In this document: positions 43,401 through 55,254 of the stretch, in pieces
Numbering within the stretch: the stretch's first letter is position 1
Layout of the letters: each line of letters starts with the position of its first letter
Source of the DNA: Strigamia acuminata
Lineage: Eukaryota
DNA: 64,000 nucleotides
Direction: 5' to 3'
Assembly (NCBI GenBank): GCA_949358305.1
Contig: OX442314.1
Location: 23,126,001-23,190,000, forward strand
Notes under the pieces: generated by a model
Databases searched by the model: none
Seen by the model: the letters and a program-made list of their open reading frames with translations, nothing else
What the model was told of the DNA's origin: nothing
Program-made: the position numbers and the translations under genes

Positions 43401-46176
43401 AAAGGCTTAGCAGTTTTAAACGATTCGGCTCTCTGCTTATTTTCCTTGTTCTAAATAAATAAATAAATAAAATGTCAGAAATCGATACGACCCATGTAAT
43501 ACGACAGATGTAATAACAACTGTAATGAAAAGTTCTCGTTCTCGTTCTAGTTGCCGCTTCTTTTTGGGCACTTCGTTCGATTCCGAAGTTCCTCCTTCGA
43601 GTCGGATTTTTCTATTGGATAATCGGTGACTTAATCGAGCGAGTAATCGTCCGCCCGATGACAATTTCTCTCCAGAAGTCGTCGGTGTGAATTCATCCGA
43701 GGGAGATCGTGGCAAAACTGGTCTAGCTGTAAATTGTTGGTTATATTTAAATTTTTTTTTTAAATTCGTTAATCGTGTAAATTTTGGACGTACCAATGTG
43801 CGGTATTTCACCACGGAACACGTCGTAAAGCTGCGATACATAAGAGGTGACTGTAAGCTCGTCCGGTACGTCGCAATTTGCTATTTCTTCGCCGCTCCAA
43901 ATTTGAGAAATTCCGAATTCACGATCACAAATTTGAAATGCCTTAAAAAAATTAAAAAGAAAAATGCAACGAAATAAAATAATAAAATAAAAAATTTAAC
44001 CAAAAATAAAAATAAAAAATAAAAAAACAAACCAAATCATTATTTTGCGCAACCAATTCTTTATTTAACGAGTGAAAATCGATTAAATCCGGTCGATATC
44101 GATGAACAATGGCGCATAAAGCCAAACCAGATTTCCAAGACGTGTGCATATTTTCAATCCTCACATCATCGTACAAAGCAACCTGTTTCTGACACCAGTG
44201 CAACAACGTGTCCGGATGAATCCCAGAAGCTAAAAAAAAATTAAAATCAATAAAATCAAAAAAAATAAAAATAAAAAACCTTAAATGATACCTCGCTTTT
44301 GCTTCTTTTTCGGCACCTCGCTTATCACATCAAACACTTCTTCCTTAATAGGCGCGTCCGAATCGTAGAGCGACAGCACCTGCATCGGACGCACGGCCTC
44401 GAGATTTAAATTTGGATACCTGCTTTGAGGATTTAGTGTGTAATAGGTAAGATCTTTGGTCAGATTCTCTGGCGTCGTCTGAGCTAAAAGACGATACACG
44501 CTTTCCCTTTGAGCAAGAACCTGCAACAAATTAATCACAGTTAAAATAAATCAAAATATTCTCAATTCATCTCATCAAAAAAAACCTGGAAAGAAGTGAG
44601 TGTCCCAGAAGCCCAGCTCCTGATCATCCAACAGGCATCCAACGAACTTAAGAAACCTCGAGCGCAGCCAGAACCGGTCGGCCAAAACGGCTCGAGTAAA
44701 CTGTCTCCGACAAGACCCATGAGCAAACGATGCCCCCTCCTTTCCAACACTTTGCACGCGCTTTCGGCTGCGTACATCGAGGTAAAATCAAACATGGCTA
44801 CATCAGCTTGACCGTAATGATTCACGGCGAATTCTGGGTTCGGTAATAGATAATTAGTCGCAAAATCGGCCGCATCTCGCGCGTAATCCATCAACGCTTC
44901 TCTGTCCACGTTATCCGGAGCCAAAAGTCTGGCCGTGTCTGAAAAATCCTGCAAAATGAGCCGAAAAAACAATAAAAATAACGATTATCTATTTGAAAAA
45001 TGTTTGATTTACGCATAAAATGACTCCTTTTTCGATCAGCGACTGTTTTTTGGCAGTCATCACGAAGTAATGAGTGTCGTCTTTGTAGTAAACGATATTT
45101 TCCAAGTCAATGCCGACGTGTTCGCGCATATCTTGGAAGAATTTTTGATTAAAAATAAAAGCCACGCCGCTGATTTCCTCCACTTGCGCCTCCATTTCGG
45201 TCCGGCGGTTGATGAAGTTTGCCGTGATGGCGATAGCCAACTTGCCGCGAAATTCTTTTCTCTTGAAACCACGAAGCGTGTTTCTTTTCCCATCCGCGCC
45301 CAGCAAAACATCGAATTCGTATTGACTAACTGGATGATCAGCCGGTGTCACCTGAGCGTGCCAACCGATTTCTATTCAAACAACATCCGTTATTTAATCT
45401 ATTAAATAACACTTGACATTTAATTAACATACTTTCTTCAGTCTGGTCTAATAACGGTTCGTTTATTTTCTCAAATGCGACATTTTCGTGAATTTCAACC
45501 CCCAACAGCAACGATACTTTCAATAATATGCATTGTAACTGTCGGATACCTAAAAAAAAATCAATTATTATTAAATCCAGTTAAAAATATAAATAAATGA
45601 ATTTTACTAATGTGATCGATGGACCCGGCACAAAATTTTCCGAATATTTTCTTAGCGCCGAGCGACCTTAAATCGTGAATGACAAAAGGCCACAAATGAA
45701 CGACGTTGTTCCTGGAGAACCGATCACGTTTCTCGATCACAACCACTTTAGCTCCTAAAAGTTGCGCTTCTATAGCTGCTCTAAGCCCGCACGGTCCGCC
45801 ACCTATTATAAGCACCTAAACAATATAAAATAAAAAATTATAAGTTTGTTATTTATTAGTTTAATTAATTTAATTTATTTACCCGCGTGTTTGCACACGC
45901 TTTGCCGCGATTGTAACATTTGTGCGTGGCTCGTTTATCAAATTTAGCCCAAAGTGCTTGTGCTTTCCATGAAGGTAATTTGGCTTTGAGTTTTGGGTAG
46001 AAGTTTTGTATATTGCTCGGTTTTAGTTTCAATGTGTCGCATAAATGGCGAAAAGTGGCAAAAATAGCCTTGAATGTCTGCGCACTGATGAATTGTTCGA
46101 ATATGTTCGCGGCTAGGGCGCTGTCGGGACTCAGTGGGGTCTTGCCCAAATATCGTTGATGATGACCCATTTCCAT
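37475..46176 (-). CDS. Mical: MICAL F-actin monooxygenase (MO-CH-LIM-long acidic region-bMERB/RBD), about 20 exons
   Basis: FAD motif [28 protein letters not shown] and [17 protein letters not shown] domain ([16 protein letters not shown]); LIM at 42763-42490; [10 protein letters not shown]-terminal coiled coil [26 protein letters not shown]. Stop TAA at 37475-37477. Confidence 0.96.
38239..38359. repeat. 30-bp tandem repeat x4 in a MICAL intron
   Basis: catcaaattaattaaatcaaaccaattaaa repeated four times. Confidence 0.85.
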
Positions 46177-47500
46177 TGATTCGACTCAACCAGCACTCAT
46201 ATCTGCAAGAAAAATAAATAAATTAATCATTTTAAATACAATTTCATTTGTGGATTTTTTTTTTTAATTTTTTAATTATTTTTTACATTTTTTTTGTTGG
46301 ATTATAATGCGAAATTTTGGGGAACTCGTATGCGGTGAATTGTGAAATTTTAATGTTGGTGGAATCAGTGACCTCAGCTGAAGGATAAGGGCGGTTACAT
46401 TCATCAGTTTACATTAGTTTAGAATTGACTAAGCTGTGGTTCAAATATAGAAGCATCAGTTAACCGTTTATATAAGTAAATTTGAACATTTTTGAATTTT
46501 TGCCACTTGAATTTTGCAATCGGTTTATAATTTCGTTTCGACACGAGCGATTGAAAATTCGACATTCTGAGATATATTTTCGTATTGTCAACCACGTTTG
46601 TTAATGAATATTTACTGGAATGAAATAAAGGTTGGAATTTAAATGTTAAAAACTTTTGAACTTGTTTTTTGTTTCTTCTAAATATAAATCGCAAAATTCA
46701 GGGTAAATCAATCTCACGAAAATGAATCATGGCCTACTTTAATTCACCACGATTAAAAAAATCAGAGATTCGGATGTTTTAATGTTTGAATCGTAGATTG
46801 TACAATTCAGAGATAATTAATTGTTTATATACAAATACGAGAAAACAGACTCACCTTGTGTTGTAAACCAATAGCAGTATATTCACTCAATTTCATTTTA
46901 AGCTCCCATGATACTTGAGAACAATTCGGATTGGTTCTCTCCTGACCTCTATTGAGAGAGTATGCAAGTTGCTCTAACATGGACTTCATGGACTTCGCCC
47001 ACAACTCCAAATGTGTTACAAACTAAAAATAAATTTAAAATTTAAAATAAAATGCCACCGGTTCATTAATAAACAAAGAACAATAAAATATTTGAATTTA
47101 TTCGTTTGCATTTAATTTATTTCAAGAAATCTAATTTTGGATCGAGCAGTAAATAATAAAAATTACGAAACTTGAAAGGTGTTTAATAAATACGTCATTC
47201 ATCTTATTTCATAACGCGGAAAATTCAAACCAATTTGATTAATTTTTTTCGCGACACAAACCAACAACAAAATTTAAAGAAATAAATTTTTTATTTAGTT
47301 AGAAAACTCGAAAAAAAATTAGTAAATCACAATACAAAACTTTACATTTACAATTTCAAATATTTTCCAATAAATTAATTATCCTAGAGATCATTCATTT
47401 TAACTCAATAAATAATATCATCCACTTCACTTTCGTTTTCGACATCCTTTGGAGGAATTAACGTTGACACAGCAGCCTTTTCTCCACTCGGCCCCGAACC

Positions 47501-48352
47501 TATACTTTCAGATCTCGGGATCTCGGGATCTCGGTCTCGGCAATCTCGGGCTTTTTTTGGGGGGAAATCTCGGTCTCGTTAAACCGAGATTTCGTCCCGA
47601 GATACGTACGAGATACGTACAAAAGTTCAAAACCAATCAAAACGGTTTTGATTGGTTTTGAACGGGGCAAAACGGTTTTGATTGGTTTTGAACGGGGCAA
47701 AACGGTTTTGATTGGTTTTGAACGGGTCAAAACGGCATTGTTACGTTTTTAGCACTATTTTCGCCCGCATTTGTTCCATCTAATGCGGCAGAAGCTCGGC
47801 TGCAGTTGTACGATCAAATGCAGCCGATTTTCGCCCGCATTTGTTCCATCTAATGCGGCCGACGCTCGGCTGCAGTTGTACGATCAAATGCAGCCGATTT
47901 TCGCCCGCATTTGTTCCATCTAATGCGGCCGAAGCTCGGCTGCAGTTGTACGATCAAATGCAGCCGATTTTCGCCCGCATTTGTTCCATCTAATGCGGCC
48001 GAAGCTCGGCTGCAGTTGTACGATCAAATGCAGCCGATTTTCGGCCGCATTTGTTCCGTCTAATGCGGCCGAAGCTCGACTGCAATTGTACGATCAATAA
48101 AGATTAAAATCGTAGTAAAAACAATAGAATATAAACAAAACCGTGCTAAAAAACATCAAAAATAATTTAAAACGTCCTAAGAAATGTCGAAAATTGATTA
48201 AAATCGCGTAAAAATGTGTTTTTGATCAATTTTGAACTTTTTGGATAAAATCTCGTTTTTGATCTCGGTCTCGTACGAGATCTCGTCTCGGGACGAGTAC
48301 ATCTCGTCTCGGAAATACGAGATTTTGAAATGACCGAGAATCTGAAAGTATA
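47501..48352. mobile_element. Non-autonomous Mutator-like DNA transposon with internal tandem arrays
   Basis: Perfect 13-bp TIR (tatactttcagat / atctgaaagtata) plus subterminal inverted matches. Exact 9-bp TSD ccccgaacc at 47492-47500 and 48353-48361. Confidence 0.85.
47638..48097. repeat. 30-bp repeat x3 and 70-bp repeat x~5 inside the Mutator-like element
   Basis: caaaacggttttgattggttttgaacggg(g/t) x3; 70-bp units start at 47757, 47827, 47897, 47967 and 48037. Confidence 0.9.
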
Positions 48353-49904
48353 CCCCGAACCTTTTTCCAATCTTCGGTTCGTTCTGACCAGCGACTCAAG
48401 TGACACAACATTCGCATTTCTTCTCCGCATTACAACTGCAAGTGCAAACATTGTCGCCATCCTGCTTCCTGCCTGGACAACGAGGGCAACAAGAACATTC
48501 TTTGCATTCACATTTAACTTCACCCAAATACGGACCAAAAATAAATTCATAGAGAATTATAAAATTTTAATCAAATTAATCTAACTAATAAATACTTACT
48601 AGGATCAGGAACGTTGTCCGCATTATCGTCATCGGATTCTATGCCACCCGCTTGCTCTAGTTCTGAGTGTAAATCGCCAAATTATTTGAAGCGGCCTAGT
48701 GGAGAAATGGGCACTTATTTAGTGGGGCTATGGTATTACGCGTTAGTCATTCCTGGTCATTCCTGGTCTCCCGGCTGAGGAGCCTTTCTGTCGCCATCCG
48801 CTTCTGTGGAAGATTGTTTGGCGTTACCGGAAGTAGTGGACGTGTGGCAAAAACGAGAAGTTATTTATTCCACCGCTGAAATGGTAAAGAGAGCAAAAAA
48901 GGCTCGGGGTTTCGAGTTTTTCTATTTTTTAGTCATTTTTTTCATCAAAAATAGAATTTTTTTTTGTTTTTTATTCGATTTTAACGTTTATTTCGCAGCA
49001 TTTTTAGTTGAGGCAGTTGCCGGATTCGTAGCTTTCTCGCAGATCAGTCCCGAGCTACTTATATGGCGCTGTCGCAGCAAGTCTACACTGAAGGATAGGC
49101 CTAAGGACATAAATTTACTCCAGGTTCCGTGCCCAAATGATTGAGCGATGTCCGTTATAAATCAGGTCGTGATTAGAAAAGTGTATACAGTATATTGAAA
49201 TAAAAATATAACCTTGTCTGATTTTATTAACGGTATATTTATTTATTTACACTAAAGGCTTTTTGAGAAACACAATACTCAAAAATGATGTTAATGATTC
49301 CAGAACCAAACAAAGTACAGCTACAGACCCAAAGGCCAAACCACTAAATCAATACTAGTAATCTCAAAAAATCATAAGACATACCCCAAAAACAATACTA
49401 ATAATGTCAAAAACAAGTCCCCAAAATTAGACCAACACCAAAAATAACAATAATAACAACAAGATGAATTGAATTAACAACACGATTAAAATGACGTGAA
49501 TACAACCTGACGATGAGTGTCTAATTATTTAATTTTTTTTCCACAACATTTGCATTTCTTCTCCGCATTACAACTGCAAACATTGTCGCCATCCTGCTGC
49601 AAAGAGGGCAACAAGAACATTCTTTGCATTCACATTTAACTTCACACAAATTGTTCTCTCCCCACAGGCATCCGCCAAATGGTTTTCAACGGTGATAATT
49701 CTTAGCAGCGGCACCTTGGACGAATGTCAAAGCGTTCATGAGCCAATGCCGACGGAGGAGCCATTGCGCATAGCATTGAAAAAAGAGCAAACTTCTTTCT
49801 TTGAGGCGTTCCAGGTGTACCTAACTGGAGTCCCAGGAGACGTCATTGATCTTCCTGGTGTTATCGATGGTGATTTACCAATAGCTCTCTTGACGACTTC
49901 TTTG

Positions 49905-49972
49905 GGATCAACTTTTCTAGGATCGACTTTTCTGGGATCGACTTTTCTGGGATCGACTTTTCTGGAATCCAT
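49905..49972. repeat. 15-bp tandem repeat (encodes RKVDP x4 on the minus strand)
   Basis: gatcgacttttctgg repeated. Confidence 0.8.
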
Positions 49973-50517
49973 AGTTAATTGATGTATCTTCTCGAGTTTC
50001 AGTAGTGATAGGTTTCTCTTTGATTTGAATTGCTGCACTGATTTCTAAAATAAATTTCTAGCTTATTTATACAGCTTTTAATCTAGTGTCGTGTGCAAAA
50101 GCAATTTGCATAGCTCAGGAATGTGTACTCATTTGAATATGGTGCATTATTGGACTGACTCAAATGACGTGTTTGCGTATTTATTTAATTTAATCAGGTT
50201 GTTGAGATATTGGGGTTTGAAGTTGTGGCACCACATTTGGAAATTTAGTACAAGTCTTTTTTGTGCCATATTCAAATGCTTGCTGCTCGAAAACTAAGAG
50301 GAGTAGAGACTTGTGCTGTTCACGGTTTGTTTAGGAAAAAGTTATCTATCTTTTCGTGAAAAAACCATTGAAATCCGTGGTAAAAAAAAATTGGGATTTG
50401 TTTTATCTGTAGTTTGGGCGAATGTGAATGTGGTGCCAACTTCAGCCTGGTCATTTTTAGCAGTTGATTTTGTCTTCCTGAATGACTCGTCTAATGCCTG
50501 CACAACTCATGAAAGCC

Positions 50518-51310
50518 ATGAAATGTATTTGGCAGTGGCTACGTTCATGTCCGACGTGAACGTTTTATTTTCATAACGCGCTGTGATTGGCTGAGACCCA
50601 TTGATGTCGATTCGTTTCCTCGCCGTAAGTTTTCTCAAATTCGATGTTCTCGAGGTTTTAGCTTCTCTTTTTCTTACAAGTTGGGTCGTAGACCCCCCTT
50701 GACGCCCCCAGACCTAACCCGAGCTTATTTCACGAATTCCAATTTAGGAGCAGCTCTTGACACCACGGACTAACGAGTCGAAACTGCGAGAGGGTTTCAT
50801 TGCTAAACTACTACAAATGTCTTCCCCACATTAACACTAACATGACCAATCTACTCGTAAACATTGGACTGGTACGGTAAACACCAAAATATAAATATAA
50901 ACCAAAATGTTCCCAAATAAAAACAAATTAATAATTTTCAGGACGAAAAAACATGGACATTCTCAATAAATGGATGGACGTGGATGGCATGTAAAAACTA
51001 CTGTTTTATTACCATAAGTTTAATAAATTGTTTAACTGCCAGAAAGAACTTAAGAATTAAACTTAAGAATTAAATAGAACAGAGCTAATTATGGTGGTTT
51101 AGACAGAGTGCGACTTCCAGAAAATGTCATGTCAAAACCAAAACTTCTTCCCTAAAACAGGTAAAAATTCTGATCTGAACTTTATTATGATTTCGTCTCT
51201 TCAGATTTCAAACCCAGTAATCTTGCTCACCTAGTGCCAGATTCTCGAAACTCGAATCACTGCATTGTCATTCCAAATAATGGTACTGTACATTGGATGC
51301 CCACAGTTAC
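50518..51310 (+). pseudogene. 5'-partial tandem-duplicate pseudogene of the adjacent nAChR subunit
   Basis: Colinear similarity to 51770-52490 (tgaaagccatgaaat; gcagctct.gacaccac.gacta; agagctaattatgg.ggtttagacagagtgcg.cttccagaaaatg) with frameshifts and stops. Similarity ends at a MITE-like sequence at 51311. Confidence 0.85.
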
Positions 51311-51799
51311 CACTGGCGGATCCATGGGGGCCATGGCCACCCCCTGAAAGATCATAAAAAAAAATTAAATACAAAATTAAAATACATTTTTAAAAAATTT
51401 GTGTGGCTTCAAAAGTGTTTTAGGAACCATTCATAGCACAAAATTCCCAAACTTTTTTTGGGAGAGGGGCATCCACCCCAATGCCCCCCTCTCGTCTGAA
51501 GTTACCGAACTACTCGTAAACCTGGACATATGCAGTGAAGAAAATCAGAAACACCCCTTAAACAAGAAAGATTTTGTTAATTCTCTCCTAGTTACCAACT
51601 TCATTCAGTTATTTACGAATTTATTTTAAATTAAACAGAATCATTCAATGTTTAAAAAGTCACACAGGCATTTAGAAAAATAATTTTTATTATCTCAATT
51701 TAAAGCGAAACGCACATGCAGGTGGATCATGTCATCCCGACTGACTTATCCAGTCTAATCTGTGGGTGTTAGTGCCTGCCTGCACCAACTCTGAAAGCC

Positions 51800-53459
51800 A
51801 TGAAATATATTTACCCGTTTCTCATTTTAACCGTCACGATAGGTAAATTATAAACACCGAAAATTCAACCGCTTATATCACGAATTCTACTTTAGCAGCA
51901 GCTCTGGACACCACAGACTACGAGACGAAACTGCGAGAAGACCTCATTGCTAAATTGCCCAAAGATGTCCGCTCCCGCCCCATTCACATCAACACTAACA
52001 TGACTAATCTACTCGTATACGCTGGTATAAGCCACATTATAGGACTGGTAAACATCAAAATACTGACTTAAAAAAAAAATTCCACATAAAATCAAATTAA
52101 TAATTCTCAGGATGAAAAAACGGAGACATTCTCAGTAAACGGATGGATGTGGCACGTAAGACCCAAAAATCTGCTTTAAAATCCCTTTTATTAAATCTAA
52201 ACAAATCTAACCCTCAGCAATGGGATGACCAAAGAATTAAATGGGACAGAGCTAATTATGGAGGTTTAGACAGAGTGCGCCTTCCAGAAAATGCCGTATG
52301 GAAGCCGAAACTTCTTCCTTACAACAGGTAAAAACCCGCACTCATCCATTAGATGATTTATCTAACATTCTGTAATTTCTGCAATCTTGCTTACCTAGTG
52401 CGAGATTCTCGGAACTCGATTCTCTGTACAGTCCCGCCGAACTAATCGCGCACTACGATGGGTCTTTATATTGGGTGCCCGCAATTACATCGCATACAAT
52501 ATGCCCGATGGACTTCCGTTGGTTCCCTTACGATCAACACGACTGTTACCTCGAGTTGGGTTCGTGGGAACATTCGGGACTCGAACTTAACATAACTGTT
52601 GCGGCGAGTCAAATGAAAGAGGTGCCGTGTGCCGGTGGTTATGTTTTATGATATACTCAATTCCATTGTTTACTTAGACCACGCTACTCGATTACGGAGA
52701 CGTAAACAACGAATGGGAACTTGTGACGTTCTACCGAGAGCGCTATAATCCGTATCCAGATTCGACTTACAACTGGCACTCGGTTAAACTACACTTCCAA
52801 GTGCGAAGACGCGCGCCGTATTACCAACTCATGCTTATTCTTCCGATTGTGGTAGCCATTTTGTTGTGTTTGGTCGTTTTCTGGATTCCGGCATCCATCA
52901 AACCGACAGTGATAATCTTCAATCTCCTTCACCTCACGCTTTTCATATCGCACATCTACTGGGTGATACCGAGAAGCGGGAGTGAAGCACCTGCGATCCG
53001 TATGTGAAAATCAGCTTTGTACACTACGAATTTTCTAAATTCCACTTGCTTTTCAGTTATTTTAACCAGCAATACATTGGCTCTTACGGGCGTTTCGCTT
53101 TTATTCTCCATCATAACCGTCTACCTCAGTCAGCGTAACGACGAAAGCTTTCCGCCATTTTTGCAAAACTTATTGGCGGGATGGCTCGGGTTGATTCTCT
53201 GCCTTCGGAAAACATCTGCAGTAAATCAATTATATATTCCACAAGAAAAATTGAAACATTAACCCTTTTTTTCCTTTAAAATCAGACCGTTGATGCTCGT
53301 CTCAGTGACACCGATAGTGTACAAGTGGAAGTGGCATCTTCAGACAAAATAACCGTCAAACAAACTTCATGGATGCTTCTAGCAATTGCAGTGGACAGAT
53401 TGATCTTTATAATCTATCTTATTACTTTCTTCATTACACTTATTGTAGCTTTCACCTAA
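51800..53459 (+). CDS. Divergent nicotinic acetylcholine receptor subunit (Cys-loop ligand-gated channel, non-alpha), 8 exons
   Basis: Signal peptide, WDDQRIKW, VWKPKLLPYNS, Cys-loop CPMDFRWFPYDQHDC, GSWEHSG, RRRAPYY followed by M1-M3, a short intracellular loop and M4 WMLLAIAVDRLIF. No vicinal CC in loop C. Confidence 0.9.
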
Positions 53460-55254
53460 TTTAGTTAATGAGATATTTTTCTTATAATTATAGTGGATAG
53501 GTTCTACTTGCAGTATACACTACAGTGACTAGTTTACCTTTTAACTAGGAATGCGCCGAATAGTAATGCCAAAAAAGTGTCTTTTGCAAACAGTTCTTGT
53601 AAATGAACAAATGAACAAATACTAATCATGTAATAGATGCCTTAATGCTTTTCACATTTATTAACTCCCAACCAGTGATCAAAATAAAGTTTGCTTCTTC
53701 TGTTACCGCATTTCATATTCCATTTCGTATTCTACTTTTTAGTGCTAAAAAGCTGCTGCTTTTTACAATCGTACCACGTCTTAAACAGTTTAAACTTAAA
53801 TCTGCAAAACAAATAAACCAAAACACAAAAAGTTCAATCGGAGGATATTGATTCGTCTTTTGGACCAAAATTTACAAATTTACATTTTTGTGCACAAAAT
53901 GAAATTTTGAATAAATTTCGATTAAAATTTGGAACTTTGCAATCCAAATCTTCATAGTCCTCGGTCCTGTGCTGTCCTTCCCGAGCTACGAATCTGGCGC
54001 TGGCAGAGGCGGATCTAGCACCGGGCTATTGGGGCTTGAGCCCCGGGCCCCCAAATTCTAAGGGGCCCCCGAGACTCTGGGCCGAGTCTGGGTCACTTCT
54101 TCGAAATTCACTTCTCAGACATGAAATGAGCTACTCGAAGAAATGAACCAGTTGAGAACTGACTTGTGAGTGTGGGAGAAACGGAACTGTATCAAAGGGA
54201 GATTAAATTTGCTTCTCGACCCCGACATCAATGATCGATAATTTGTCTGACAGTGACCTGACAATGCGTGATTGGCATAATCCAGACGCTTTAAGTACAT
54301 ACCGACGGGAACAGAGTAAGAGACGTTCAACCCTTTCACTTCCACACCCATGTGCAAGATCCGGATTTTAGGGAATCCCAAAGCAGTGTACAACAGGAAT
54401 GTTTACAGAACAAGTGATATTTTATTCAGGATGGTCTTAAAGGAAAAAATCGTGATTTTTTGGTTGCTCGAATACGGTATGTTGTTTTCTAATGACCGGG
54501 ACAGTTTTTCTGAGAAAATCAAAACTTTTAGGCCTCTTTCGATTGCTAGGACAAAGTACCGCAGTACTACCACTACTTAATCGTTTCAAAAAGTCAATAA
54601 AATTAATTTTTCCTCCCAAAAATAGCACACAGGGGCGCTGTTAGAAGATAAACGGTACATTTTTTCTTTTCGTTTAAAAATAATAGAAATCTGTGGTCAA
54701 CACCATGAGAAGTACAGTCTTGTACTTTGAAGAACCCTTCAAAGCACAAGAGAGGAAATGTCCTTTCTGTTGTATAAAAATTAGTCAACTTCCAGGGTTG
54801 GAAAGTATGCCACTGTATTTGCGAGATTTATACGAGCTTTTGACTATAAACGTGGCGCCGACTTCATCCTGGTGAGATGAGTTGGTGTTTAAATCTCAAA
54901 ATGTGGAATAATGGAATCACTTGCATTAGTCACAAACTGTAAGTTGAACATTTAGGTTGGCATAATTTCACACGTATCCGGGTTCGGTACGTAATCTTCT
55001 CTACTGGAGCTCATTGCATAAGTCAATGGGCTAGAACTATCACTTCACAAATGAGGTCAACAGGTGAAAAACTGACCTTTTTTTTACCCAGTCCTACCCT
55101 AGACCACTGGGATGGCTGAGAGGGAGATTGACCAGGATGTGAAGAGTTGGGATTTGAGAAAAAAGAAGGCCAAGAGGAAATATATTTAAAAGAGAAGAGT
55201 ATGACCACTTTCAATTTCACTCTGCTGCTCACACACAGTCTTCACCACTCCAAA

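Noticed and set aside
33646..46176. Functional NADPH supply link between adjacent H6PD and MICAL
   Set aside because: The H6PD-like protein is predicted ER-luminal and MICAL cytosolic; adjacency alone is not evidence.
47757..48097. 70-bp array as a CRISPR array
   Set aside because: Units are contiguous and near-identical with no unique spacers; the context is eukaryotic with no cas genes.
54100..54900. Short ORFs as a gene or transposase
   Set aside because: Fragmented, with no motif I can recognise with confidence.
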